In this document: piece by piece, positions 48,119 through 58,293 of the stretch
Numbering within the stretch: position 1 is the stretch's first letter
How the letters are laid out: every line of letters starts with the position of its first letter
Assembly (NCBI GenBank): GCA_964553965.1
Contig: CAZKMB010000005.1
Span: 2,474-66,473, forward strand
Length of the DNA stretch: 64,000 nt
Direction of reading: 5' to 3'
Source: an uncultured Bacteroides sp.
Lineage (GTDB): Bacteria > Bacillota > Clostridia > Lachnospirales > Lachnospiraceae
Program-made: the position numbers and the translations under genes
The notes under the pieces: model-generated
The model's input: the letters and a program-made list of their open reading frames with translations, nothing else
Told to the model about the DNA's origin: nothing
The model's database searches: none

Positions 48119-49344
48119 TGGGTTTTATCAGCAAAATCAAAGATTACCTTAATGAGGAAGAAGAGGTAACCACAGTTAAGAGGGAAAGCCTGTTTAAAAG
48201 ACGCAGAAGAAAAACTGCGGATGAAGATAATACAGACAGAGGGGACTCTCAGGTTAAGGTAAAAAAACGTATGGAAATCGAGAGAAAGACTGTTCAGGAT
48301 TTTTGTGAGCAGTTGGTTGATGTGTCTTTCCATACTGAAGAAATAAAAAATGAATACAGATTGGTTACGGGGTATCTCACTGACATTCAGCGTATAGAGG
48401 AGCTGCCGGTGGATATGGCAAATCACATCATAAGGATATCTGAAAGAATCGAAATGCTTGACAAAGACAGGGAAACATATTTACAATCAGAGAATCTCCT
48501 GTCTATGGAACAGTATAACACACTGAGTAACTATGAGGATGATGTGGTGGAAACCATAAAAAATCTCAACGAAATGGAGAGCAGAGATACTGCACTGAGA
48601 AGTGATATGAGTTATCTTGAGGGCGAAAAAGAAGACTTGAGATATATGCGTGATGAGTACAACGGTATGATTTCCAGGATAAGGGTGGTTATGATTACCT
48701 TTATGTCCGTTGCTCTTGTGACCTGTGCAGGATTGATGATTTATGCCACCATAACCAAAAACAATATTACCGTTTTTGCATTAGGTGTAGCGGCTGCTGC
48801 ATTGCTTGGTTTCGCCGTGGCATATGCAAAGTACATGAACCTGAAAAGAGATATAAGGGATTATGATGCCAAGCTGAAAAGAGCAGTATCCCTTTTGAAC
48901 AAAGTTAAGGTAAAGTACATTAACAATACCAATACATTGGATTATATATACGAAAAATATGGCGTTAATTCCAGTCAGGAGCTTTCCTATCAGTGGGAGC
49001 AGTACAATACAATGGTCAAGGATGCTAAAAAGTATACCAAAACCAATGCCGAGTTTAAGGACAGGTGCGATGAACTTGTAAATATTATGAAAAAAATCGG
49101 TGTTGAGGATCCTTTTGTATGGCCAAAACAGACCAATGCCATTATAGACAGACGGGAAATGGTTGAGATAAAGCACAGCCTTAACGTAAGAAGACAGAAA
49201 CTGCGGGAGAGGCTGGCAACCTGTGAAAAAATCAGGGAAAACGCGCAGGTTGCGCTGAGGGCTGCCGTCTCGGATAATCCCGGTATGGAGGGCTATATAA
49301 CAGATATGTTATCCCCTTACAATATTACCATCGACTTAAAATAA
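48118..49344 (+). CDS. Coiled-coil protein with a central two-helix transmembrane hairpin
   Basis: Heptad-rich halves flanking 'VVMITFMSVALVTCAGLMIYA' and 'ITVFALGVAAAALLGFAVAY'. Confidence 0.75.
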   Translation: MGFISKIKDYLNEEEEVTTVKRESLFKRRRRKTADEDNTDRGDSQVKVKKRMEIERKTVQDFCEQLVDVSFHTEEIKNEYRLVTGYLTDIQRIEELPVDMANHIIRISERIEMLDKDRETYLQSENLLSMEQYNTLSNYEDDVVETIKNLNEMESRDTALRSDMSYLEGEKEDLRYMRDEYNGMISRIRVVMITFMSVALVTCAGLMIYATITKNNITVFALGVAAAALLGFAVAYAKYMNLKRDIRDYDAKLKRAVSLLNKVKVKYINNTNTLDYIYEKYGVNSSQELSYQWEQYNTMVKDAKKYTKTNAEFKDRCDELVNIMKKIGVEDPFVWPKQTNAIIDRREMVEIKHSLNVRRQKLRERLATCEKIRENAQVALRAAVSDNPGMEGYITDMLSPYNITIDLK

Positions 49345-49373
49345 TTTTCATTATACATTGGAGGATTTAAAAT

Positions 49374-52016
49374 ATGTCTAAGGAATTAGAAAAAAACTAC
49401 AACCCTTCCGAAATAGAAGGAAGACTTTATGATAAGTGGGTTGCCAACAGGTATTTTCATGCTGAGGTGGACAGGAGTAAAAAACCTTTTACTATAGTTA
49501 TGCCGCCTCCAAATATTACAGGACAGCTTCACATGGGACACGCTCTCGACAATACGATGCAGGATATTCTTATCAGATTTAAGAGAATGCAGGGCTACAA
49601 TGCTCTTTGGCAGCCCGGCACAGACCATGCGGCAATAGCAACAGAGGTAAAGATTATAGAACATTTGAGAAGTCAGGGAATTGAAAAGAACGACCTTGGA
49701 AGAGAGGGATTCCTGAAGAGAGCCTGGGAGTGGAAGGACGAGTACGGCGGACGGATTGTAAATCAGCTAAAGAAACTCGGCTCATCAGCAGACTGGGACA
49801 GAGAGCGTTTTACAATGGATGAGGGAAATAACGCTGCTGTCACTGAGGTATTCACAAAGTTATATGATAAAGGATACATTTACAAAGGCTCACGTATAGG
49901 TAACTGGTGTCCTGTATGTAAGACATCCATATCTGATGCAGAGGTTATCCATGAGGAGCAGGACGGATTTTTCTGGCACATTAATTATCCTGTTGCCGGA
50001 GAGGAAGGCAGATTTGTTGAGATAGCTACAACAAGACCGGAAACACTTTTAGGTGACAGTGCGGTAGCCGTTAATCCCGACGATGAAAGATATAAAGATA
50101 TTGTGGGCAAAAAGGTTATCCTTCCTCTGGTAAATAAGGAAATTCCGGTTATAGCGGATCACTACGTTGACATGGAATTCGGTACAGGTGTGGTTAAGAT
50201 TACACCTGCTCATGACCCTAACGATTTTGAGGTTGGCAAGAGACATAACCTTGAAGAAATAAATATTATGAATGACGATGCAACCATAAATTCTCTTGGC
50301 GGAAAATATGCAGGTATGGACAGATATGAAGCAAGAAAAGCCATGGTAGAAGATTTGGATGCTCTTGGTCTCCTTGTCAAGATTGTACCTCATAAGCATA
50401 TGGTTGGTACACATGACAGATGTAAGACCACTGTAGAACCTTTGGTAAAACCACAGTGGTATGTTAAAATGTCAGAGATGGCAAAGCCTGCCAAGGAGGC
50501 TGTTGAAAAGGGAGAACTTAAACTCATACCTGAGCGTATGAACAAAACATACTATAACTGGCTTGATAATATAAGAGACTGGTGTATTTCAAGACAGCTC
50601 TGGTGGGGACACAGAATACCGGCATGGTATTGTCAGGATTGTGGTGAGATTATTGTTGCAAAGGAAACACCTTGTACCTGTCCTAAGTGTCAATCATCTA
50701 ATCTTAAACAGGATGAGGATACTCTTGATACGTGGTTTTCTTCGGCACTCTGGCCATTTTCAACTCTGGGTTGGCCTGAAAAGAGTGAGGATTATGATTA
50801 TTTCTTCCCTACTGATGTGCTTGTTACAGGATACGACATTATTTTCTTCTGGGTTATCAGAATGGTATTTTCATCCATCGAGCAGACCGGAAAGCTTCCG
50901 TTCCACACAGTTCTTTTCCATGGACTTGTAAGGGATGACCAGGGAAGAAAGATGAGTAAATCTCTTGGAAACGGTATAGACCCTCTTGAGGTAATTGAAA
51001 AATATGGTGCAGATGCGCTCAGATTTACCCTTATCACAGGAAATGCTCCGGGTAATGATATGCGTTTTTACTGGGAGAGAGTTGAGGCGAGCCGAAATTT
51101 TGCAAACAAGATATGGAACGCTTCAAGATTCATACTTATGAACATTGAGAAAGCTGACTCATCAAATGTAGATTTGAGTAAGCTCACAATAGCTGACAGA
51201 TGGATTCTTTCTAAAATGAATGACCTTATAGCAGAGGTTACTGACAATATGGAAAAATACGAGCTGGGTATAGCTGTATCTAAGCTTTATGATTTCCTCT
51301 GGGAAGAATTCTGCGACTGGTACATTGAGATGGTTAAGCCAAGACTTTGGAATGATGAAGATGAGACAAAGGGAGCAGCGCTCTGGACACTGAAAACCGT
51401 TTTAATCAACGGACTTAAACTTCTTCATCCATATATGCCGTTTGTCACAGAAGAGATATTCTGCTCACTCTCAGATGAGGAATCAATAATGATATCAAGC
51501 TGGCCGGTATATGAAAAGAAATACGATTTCAAAGCCGATGAGGCAGCGGTTGATAAGATTAAGGAAGCAGTCCGTAATATAAGAAATATCCGAAGTGAGA
51601 TGAATGTTGCACCAAGCAAAAAAGCTACAGTATATGTTGTTTCACCTAAGCAGGAAATAAGAGACATATTTGAAGCATCAGCAAGCTTTTTCGGAACACT
51701 GGCTTATGCAGGAGAAGTATTTGTTCAGGAAGATAAGACCGGAATTGCCGATGATGCCGTTTCCGTTGTTATACACGATGCAACAGTTTATATGCCGTTT
51801 GCAGAGCTTGTGGATATTGAGAAGGAAATAGAGAGACTTACCAAGGAAAAAGTGAGACTTGAGGGTGAAATAAAACGTGCATCAGGTATGCTCGCAAACC
51901 CTAAGTTTGTGGATAAGGCTCCGGCTGCCAAGGTTGAGGAAGAAAAAGCAAAGCTCCGGAAATATACAGAGACTTTGGAACAGGTAACAGAGAGATTGTC
52001 ACAGCTTCAGGCGTAA
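49374..52016 (+). CDS. valS: Valine--tRNA ligase
   Basis: HIGH-like '[15 protein letters not shown]', 'KMSKS', '[14 protein letters not shown]'. Confidence 0.98.
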   Translation: MSKELEKNYNPSEIEGRLYDKWVANRYFHAEVDRSKKPFTIVMPPPNITGQLHMGHALDNTMQDILIRFKRMQGYNALWQPGTDHAAIATEVKIIEHLRSQGIEKNDLGREGFLKRAWEWKDEYGGRIVNQLKKLGSSADWDRERFTMDEGNNAAVTEVFTKLYDKGYIYKGSRIGNWCPVCKTSISDAEVIHEEQDGFFWHINYPVAGEEGRFVEIATTRPETLLGDSAVAVNPDDERYKDIVGKKVILPLVNKEIPVIADHYVDMEFGTGVVKITPAHDPNDFEVGKRHNLEEINIMNDDATINSLGGKYAGMDRYEARKAMVEDLDALGLLVKIVPHKHMVGTHDRCKTTVEPLVKPQWYVKMSEMAKPAKEAVEKGELKLIPERMNKTYYNWLDNIRDWCISRQLWWGHRIPAWYCQDCGEIIVAKETPCTCPKCQSSNLKQDEDTLDTWFSSALWPFSTLGWPEKSEDYDYFFPTDVLVTGYDIIFFWVIRMVFSSIEQTGKLPFHTVLFHGLVRDDQGRKMSKSLGNGIDPLEVIEKYGADALRFTLITGNAPGNDMRFYWERVEASRNFANKIWNASRFILMNIEKADSSNVDLSKLTIADRWILSKMNDLIAEVTDNMEKYELGIAVSKLYDFLWEEFCDWYIEMVKPRLWNDEDETKGAALWTLKTVLINGLKLLHPYMPFVTEEIFCSLSDEESIMISSWPVYEKKYDFKADEAAVDKIKEAVRNIRNIRSEMNVAPSKKATVYVVSPKQEIRDIFEASASFFGTLAYAGEVFVQEDKTGIADDAVSVVIHDATVYMPFAELVDIEKEIERLTKEKVRLEGEIKRASGMLANPKFVDKAPAAKVEEEKAKLRKYTETLEQVTERLSQLQA

Positions 52017-52074
52017 TTACCGGAAACCGGGGCTGTAGTAGTATAATATTTGGGATATCGGGTTGGTGATTTCT

Positions 52075-54123
52075 ATGAATAAGGAAAAGATAATAAAAAG
52101 AAAAATTGAAAATTACTTGCTGATGCCTATATTGGTCTCTTTTTTGCTGATATTTATGTGTATAGGGCTTTTCTTTGTGGATAAAAAGTCGGCTTGTCTT
52201 GCAAGTTTTGTAGTTGCCGTAGTTTTAGTGGTAGAGCTTATAGTGTATTTTATTACCAAGTCAGGCATTACACCGTCCCTTTTCAGATTTGCGCAGGAGC
52301 AGAGTCAGATACAGAGAGAGCTTTTAAAGGATTTGCTTATCCCCTACGCCCTTCTCGATACCGACGGAAAAATATTGTGGGGCAACAATGAATTTGTAAA
52401 TCAGATAGGCGAGGGTTCCAAAAAGAGAATCAGAAAGAACATATCTGTTTTCTTCCCGGAGATAGGCTCAGACGTACTTAACGCTGACGGACAGGTCAAC
52501 ATGGAGCTTGAGTATAATGAAGTGTGCTATAACGCTCTTGTTAAGAAAATTACCCTTGATGAGGTTTTTGCAGATGAGGAAGATATTGTGGAGCCTAAGG
52601 GTGAGAAACTTATCGCTATGTATCTTTTTGATATTACAGAGTTAAAAAAATATAAGAGAGAGAATGAAGAACAAAAATTAGTTGCAGGACTTCTCTATAT
52701 TGATAATTATGATGAGGTTATGGAAAATACAGAGGAAGTACGTCATTCTCTGGTTGAAGCCTTAGTTGACCGTCGAATAAACATGTATCTGGCTACCATA
52801 GATGCTATATGTAAAAAGCTTGAAAAGGATAAGTATCTTTTCGTTTGTCAGCAGAAGTTTTTATCCCAGATGAAGGATACAAAATTTGCCATACTTGATG
52901 AGGTTAAGAGCATAAATGTAGGAAACGAGATACCTATTACCCTGAGTATAGGTGTGGGTGCGGATACCAACAGTTTTGCCGAAGCCTACGAGTATTCAAG
53001 AATAGCAATAGGACTTGCTCTTGGACGAGGTGGTGATCAGGCCGTCGTAAAATACGGAGAAAATATTTCCTATTTTGGAGGTAAGAGCAGCGGTACAGAA
53101 AAGTCTACAAGAGTAAAAGCAAGAGTAAAAGCTCAGGCGTTTAATGAACTTCTCAACAATAAAGATACAGTTCTCATTATGGGACACAAAAGGCCTGATG
53201 CGGATTCTTTCGGAGCTGCAGTGGGTGTTTACAGACTTGTTAAAACTCTTGGAAAAAATGCACATATAGTTATAAATGAGGTTACATCAGCCATAAAACC
53301 TGTTGTTAACGGATTTAAGGGCAACAGTGTGTACGGCGATGATATGATATTTACCAGTGAGGAAGCTATAAACAGTGTAAACCCTAATACTCTTGTGGTA
53401 GTTGTAGATGTAAACAGACCGAGTATGACAGAATGTGAGGAGCTTCTTGCTCTTGCAAAGTCTGTGGTTGTGTTCGACCACCACAGACAGACAAACGAGA
53501 TTATTGACAATGCCACATTGTCCTATATAGAGCCATACGCATCATCCGCATGTGAAATGATTGCTGAAATACTCCAGTATATCGACGAAAAAGTTAAACT
53601 TCGTCCTTTGGAGGCGGATGCCATGTATGCCGGTATAGTTATAGATACGGATAATTTTGTCACAAAAACCGGTGTCAGAACCTTTGATGCAGCTTCATAT
53701 TTGAGAAGAAGCGGTGCGGACGTTGTCAGAGTCAGAAAGATGTTCAGAAGCGATATGGGTTCCTATAAACAGTTGGCAGAGGGTGTAATTAATTCAGAGA
53801 CATTTCTCAATTCCTTTGCCATATCCAGTGTACCTGCTGAAAAATCATCGGAAGCTCCGACTGTTGTGGCGGCTAAGGTTGCAAATGATTTATTAAATGT
53901 GGAAGGAATAAGGGCATCTTTTGTTGTAACGGAAAAAGATGGTACAGTGTATATAAGTGCCCGTTCCGTAGATGACTTAAATGTGCAGGTTATTATGGAG
54001 AAGCTCGGCGGTGGCGGACATGCCAACATAGCAGGGGCACAGCTCAAAAATTCCACAAGTAAGGCTGCAATTTCAGAGATAAAGACTATTCTTCGTACAA
54101 TGTATGAAGAAGGAGATATATAA
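52075..54123 (+). CDS. gdpP: c-di-AMP phosphodiesterase (TM-PAS-degenerate GGDEF-DHH/DHHA1)
   Basis: 'MGHKRPDADSFG', 'VFDHHRQ', 'GGGGHANIAGAQ'; gdpP-rplI-dnaB synteny. Confidence 0.92.
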   Translation: MNKEKIIKRKIENYLLMPILVSFLLIFMCIGLFFVDKKSACLASFVVAVVLVVELIVYFITKSGITPSLFRFAQEQSQIQRELLKDLLIPYALLDTDGKILWGNNEFVNQIGEGSKKRIRKNISVFFPEIGSDVLNADGQVNMELEYNEVCYNALVKKITLDEVFADEEDIVEPKGEKLIAMYLFDITELKKYKRENEEQKLVAGLLYIDNYDEVMENTEEVRHSLVEALVDRRINMYLATIDAICKKLEKDKYLFVCQQKFLSQMKDTKFAILDEVKSINVGNEIPITLSIGVGADTNSFAEAYEYSRIAIGLALGRGGDQAVVKYGENISYFGGKSSGTEKSTRVKARVKAQAFNELLNNKDTVLIMGHKRPDADSFGAAVGVYRLVKTLGKNAHIVINEVTSAIKPVVNGFKGNSVYGDDMIFTSEEAINSVNPNTLVVVVDVNRPSMTECEELLALAKSVVVFDHHRQTNEIIDNATLSYIEPYASSACEMIAEILQYIDEKVKLRPLEADAMYAGIVIDTDNFVTKTGVRTFDAASYLRRSGADVVRVRKMFRSDMGSYKQLAEGVINSETFLNSFAISSVPAEKSSEAPTVVAAKVANDLLNVEGIRASFVVTEKDGTVYISARSVDDLNVQVIMEKLGGGGHANIAGAQLKNSTSKAAISEIKTILRTMYEEGDI

Positions 54124-54144
54124 TCTATTTATGGAGGTAAGATT

Positions 54145-54594
54145 ATGAAGGTTATATTATTACAGGATGTAAAGAGCCTTGGAAAAAAGGATGATATAGT
54201 AGAGGTATCTGACGGATACGCAAGAAATTTTGTGTTGCCAAAGAAACTTGGAGTTGAGGCGACATCAAAGAACTTAAATGATTTAAAACTTAAGAAAGCC
54301 AATGAGGATAAGATTGCCGCACAAAAACTTGCAGATGCACAGGAACTTGCAGAAAAACTTAAAGACGAGAGCGTAACTCTCAGTATGAAGGTTGGCGAAG
54401 GAGGAAGAACTTTTGGTTCTATTTCATCAAAAGAAATTGCCGAAGCCATGAAAAAACAGCTTGGATACGATATTGACAAGAAAAAGATAGTTATCAAGGA
54501 TCCGATAAAAACTATAGGAACCACAATAATAGATATAAAGTTACATACCAAGGTTACCGCTAAATTTAATGTAAAAGTAGTGGAAGCCAAATAA
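54145..54594 (+). CDS. rplI: 50S ribosomal protein L9
   Basis: '[29 protein letters not shown]', 'FGSIS'. Confidence 0.98.
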   Translation: MKVILLQDVKSLGKKDDIVEVSDGYARNFVLPKKLGVEATSKNLNDLKLKKANEDKIAAQKLADAQELAEKLKDESVTLSMKVGEGGRTFGSISSKEIAEAMKKQLGYDIDKKKIVIKDPIKTIGTTIIDIKLHTKVTAKFNVKVVEAK

Positions 54595-54618
54595 AGATAC
54601 ATTAATCTGGAGGATACA

Positions 54619-55971
54619 ATGGACGAAAATAGCATCAAGAGAATACAACCAAACAATAAGGAAGCCGAAAAATCAGTTATTGGTGCTATGTTTATGGACC
54701 GTGACGTAATATCCGATGTAGCCTATATGCTTACAAAAGAAGATTTTTACAATCCTCAGTATGCGGCGCTGTTTGAGAGTATGGTTGAGCTGTATAACGA
54801 GGGGCATCAGGTGGACGTAATTACCGTGAGTGACAGATTGCGGATGAAAAATCTGCCGGAGGAGATTTGTAAACCGGCTTTTTTAGCAGATATAATAAGT
54901 TCCGTACCCACATCAGTTATGGCACCACAGCACGCAAAAATGGTTAAGGACAAATCTTTGCTTAGACAGCTCATTAAACTCAGTGAGGATACCGCCAAAG
55001 ACTGTTATCTTGCTCAGGATAAAACCGAGAACATACTTGAGGATGCAGAGCAAAAGATATTTAAACTGGTACAGACAAGTACAGGTTCACAGGATATAAC
55101 AACAATTGACAGAATAGTCATAAATGTAATCAATGAGATAGAAGAAGCAGCACGTAATAAAGGAAAAGTTACAGGTCTTTCTACAGGATTTATAGACCTT
55201 GACAACATGCTTACAGGTATGCATGGGGGTGAACTTTTGCTTGTTGCTGCAAGACCTGCCATGGGAAAAACCGCATTTGTGCTTAATATAGCCCATGATA
55301 TAGCTGTTATGCATCATATACCATGTGCAATTTTTTCTTTGGAAATGAGTAAGGAACAGTTGGTTTCCCGTATGATAGCCATAGATGCCATGGTAGATTC
55401 CAAGAAGATGAAGCTTGGCGATTTGTCCAATGATGATTGGGATAAGGTAACAGAGAGTATCGAGGCGATTGCCGGTTCACCGATATACATAGATGATAAT
55501 TCATCCATAACAATATCCGAGCTCAGATCAAAGTGCCGTAAGCTCAAACAAAATCATAACATTCAGCTTATAATATTAGATTATCTTCAGTTGATGAGTT
55601 CCTCAAGAAATGTGGAATCCAGACAACAGTTTATAGCCGAGGTCTCCAGAGCCTTAAAGAATATTGCCAGAGAATTAAATGTTCCTGTTATTGCCTTATC
55701 TCAGCTTTCCCGTGCCGTAGACAGCAGACCTGACCACAAGCCGGTTCTTTCTGACTTGCGAGAGTCCGGTTCCATAGAGCAGGATGCGGATGTGGTTATG
55801 TTTATTTATCGTGATGAATATTACAATCCGGAGACCACAACAAAGCCGCAGACAGCAGAGATTATTATAGCAAAGCAGCGTAGTGGTGAAACCGGAAGCG
55901 TTGACCTTCGCTGGATAGGAAAATATACTAAGTTCGCTGATCCGGAAAAATATTACCAGCAGCCGGAATAA
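54619..55971 (+). CDS. dnaB: Replicative DNA helicase
   Basis: 'AARPAMGKT', 'FSLEMS', 'IILDYLQLM', 'LSQLSR', 'DLRESGSIEQDAD'. Confidence 0.97.
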   Translation: MDENSIKRIQPNNKEAEKSVIGAMFMDRDVISDVAYMLTKEDFYNPQYAALFESMVELYNEGHQVDVITVSDRLRMKNLPEEICKPAFLADIISSVPTSVMAPQHAKMVKDKSLLRQLIKLSEDTAKDCYLAQDKTENILEDAEQKIFKLVQTSTGSQDITTIDRIVINVINEIEEAARNKGKVTGLSTGFIDLDNMLTGMHGGELLLVAARPAMGKTAFVLNIAHDIAVMHHIPCAIFSLEMSKEQLVSRMIAIDAMVDSKKMKLGDLSNDDWDKVTESIEAIAGSPIYIDDNSSITISELRSKCRKLKQNHNIQLIILDYLQLMSSSRNVESRQQFIAEVSRALKNIARELNVPVIALSQLSRAVDSRPDHKPVLSDLRESGSIEQDADVVMFIYRDEYYNPETTTKPQTAEIIIAKQRSGETGSVDLRWIGKYTKFADPEKYYQQPE

Positions 55972-55995
55972 TCTGACTAAAAGGTGCTAAACGAA

Positions 55996-56050
55996 AATAA
56001 AAAATCAGCAGGAAAGATTTGAAAATGATCCTTCCTGCTGATTTTTTATT
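55996..56050. terminator. Bidirectional intrinsic terminator
   Basis: AATAAAAAATCAGCAGGAA...TTCCTGCTGATTTTTTATT. Confidence 0.8.
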
Positions 56051-56900
56051 GCGTGGATGCAAAGAGTGCTGCAATTTCCTCAGGTGAAAGAGGCTTATTC
56101 GGGTCAGCTTCCGGTGCGGGTTCTTCCGGTTCCGGATCAGGCTCCGGATAAGGAGAATCTGCTGCTGCAGATGCAAACAAGGCAGCTATCTCTTCCGGAG
56201 ACATAGGACGATTAGGGTCATCGTCTTCAATCCGATCAGATTGAGAATCATTTACAGGGAAGGGAATAACATCCGCATTCTCCGTATCATCAAATATATC
56301 AAGAGAATCAGCCGGACCCGGTATGCTTTCATTGTCAAAAGGAACAGTTGACATAGTTGTGTTCCGATCGACGATTAATTCTGTGTTGAGCCTGTTTAAG
56401 GCATCAAGTAAATTTTTACAGGTGTCAGTCAGCTCATTTGAAAGGTCAGTGCCGGCTTCTAAAAGTTTATTATTGTTTAACTGGTTATATTTTATGGAGA
56501 GTTTTGCCGCTTTATCAATGGAATCGGAGATAACATCACGGGTACCCTCAACAGTAGTTTTGTAATCCTCTGCCATTTGGGCAAGTAAAGTGTTGGATTT
56601 GCGAAGCTGAACATATAAAGCCTTGGAAAGTCGGGTAAGATCTTCGTTTTCGGTACTGCCGGAATTTGAGAGAAGGTTAGTCACGGTAGTAGTTATATAT
56701 TGTTCAAGCTGTGTGTCCTTTGCAACCTTAATCTTATAGGCGGAAGAAAAAAGAGCATAGAATGATACGATAAGGACAAGGGAAATAATTGCAATATAAA
56801 GAACCTTATCCCTGTATTCAAAAACACAATATATCCATGCCAGAAACGCGGAAATACTTATCATACACATTGTGACAAAACGTTTATATAAGCTATTCAT
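56046..56900 (-). CDS. Membrane-anchored hypothetical protein with two C-terminal DPNxP(M/L)SPEEIAALFAS motifs
   Basis: Two N-terminal TM helices, helical core, acidic Pro-rich tail with duplicated motif. Confidence 0.75.
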   Translation of the reverse strand: MNSLYKRFVTMCMISISAFLAWIYCVFEYRDKVLYIAIISLVLIVSFYALFSSAYKIKVAKDTQLEQYITTTVTNLLSNSGSTENEDLTRLSKALYVQLRKSNTLLAQMAEDYKTTVEGTRDVISDSIDKAAKLSIKYNQLNNNKLLEAGTDLSNELTDTCKNLLDALNRLNTELIVDRNTTMSTVPFDNESIPGPADSLDIFDDTENADVIPFPVNDSQSDRIEDDDPNRPMSPEEIAALFASAAADSPYPEPDPEPEEPAPEADPNKPLSPEEIAALFASTQ

Positions 56901-56970
56901 AGGTTACCCCCAAAATATAAAATATCAATATAATTTTAGCATACTATTAATTATAATACCAGTAAAAATA

Positions 56971-56999
56971 TTGCCAACAGACGGATAAAAACGTATAAT
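56971..56999 (+). promoter_or_regulatory. Sigma-A promoter of the CARF-nuclease gene
   Basis: TTGCCA-N17-TATAAT. Confidence 0.7.
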
Positions 57000-57077
57000 A
57001 TAGTAAAAATAAAATGCAATATGTCAGAATGTTTCCTGTGACTTACTGATATGCATGAAAACGAAAGCTGGGGTTAT

Positions 57078-58265
57078 ATGGCACGAGCAAAGGTATTGGT
57101 CGAATTTTATTCAGAAGAGCCGCTGGAAAATATAATGGCTATGATAAAATACAGACCGGAAAAGATTATATTTTTAGGGCACAAATATAATATGATAACA
57201 AAAAGAATAAATGACATTAAACAGTTCAGAGACCACAGGTGCCCTGATGTGGAACTGGAATTTATAGAAGTTCCCAAGGATGACCTTGACGGAGCGATAG
57301 AGCTCTTGTCCGGTATTATCAGAGAGAATCCGGAGGTCAGGTTTGAACTTACCGGAGGGAGCGAGCTCATACTTATTGCCCTTGGATGTATAGCGGCACG
57401 TATGAATATAAGCAAACTCAGAATAGACCCGTTTACAGGTAAGGAGATTGATATAAGAGGAGATAAGGTCGTAACATCAGACTATCATTTCAGTATATCA
57501 ATCGAGGAGGACATAATCCTTCACGGCGGTGTGCTGACACCTCATACCGGAAGCTTTTGTGAATGGAAATTTACACCTGAGTTCAGAGAAGATATAAGAA
57601 TTATGTGGGATATATGTAAAAGGTACAGAGGAAACTGGAACAAATATTGTGCAACTATAGACGAGCTCAGAAAAAATACACAGAATCAGCGTGAGGGCTG
57701 GGTTGAAATATATAAGAATCCTTTAGGTGAGGCGATAAACCTTATAAAAGATTTACACCGTGAGGGTCTTATAAAAGATTATAATGAATCGGGAAAAAGA
57801 ATAAGCTTCCGTTTCAAGAATAATATGGTCAGAAAAGTCATCGGTAAGGCGGGAAATATCCTGGAGCTGCATGTGTATGAGGTGGCAACAAGGGACGGAT
57901 ATATATTTTCCGATGCCATTATCGGAGCGCACATAGACTGGGATGGCGAGATACACGATGCAACAAATCCGGGATATGACACCTTAAATGAGATAGATGT
58001 TATACTTATGAAGGACGTATGCCCTATATTTATATCATGCAAGAGCGGAAAGGCGGGAGGTCACGCCCTGCATGAACTTGAAACCGTGTCGAGAAAGTTT
58101 GGGGGTAAGTATGCCAGAAAGGCTCTGATTCTTGCAAAAGCCTGTGATGATACAACAGGAACCCAGTTTTTCAAACAGCGGGCAAAAGATATGCACATAT
58201 GGATAATCGATGATGTATTTCGATTGAGCGACGAACAGCTGCTTAACAAATTAAAAAGGATCTAA
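57078..58265 (+). CDS. Card1/Can2-like (DUF1887) CARF-domain PD-(D/E)xK nuclease
   Basis: N-term 'LVEFYSEEPLENI...RPEKIIFLG', CARF-like 'ELTGGS', nuclease 'GNILELHVY...NEIDVIL...FISCKSG'. Confidence 0.72.
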   Translation: MARAKVLVEFYSEEPLENIMAMIKYRPEKIIFLGHKYNMITKRINDIKQFRDHRCPDVELEFIEVPKDDLDGAIELLSGIIRENPEVRFELTGGSELILIALGCIAARMNISKLRIDPFTGKEIDIRGDKVVTSDYHFSISIEEDIILHGGVLTPHTGSFCEWKFTPEFREDIRIMWDICKRYRGNWNKYCATIDELRKNTQNQREGWVEIYKNPLGEAINLIKDLHREGLIKDYNESGKRISFRFKNNMVRKVIGKAGNILELHVYEVATRDGYIFSDAIIGAHIDWDGEIHDATNPGYDTLNEIDVILMKDVCPIFISCKSGKAGGHALHELETVSRKFGGKYARKALILAKACDDTTGTQFFKQRAKDMHIWIIDDVFRLSDEQLLNKLKRI

Positions 58266-58293
58266 AGAATGATAAAATAAGGAGAAAATTTTT

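Noticed and set aside
49345-49373. T-box leader for valS
   Set aside because: Only 29 bp separate valS from the upstream gene; no T-box motif.
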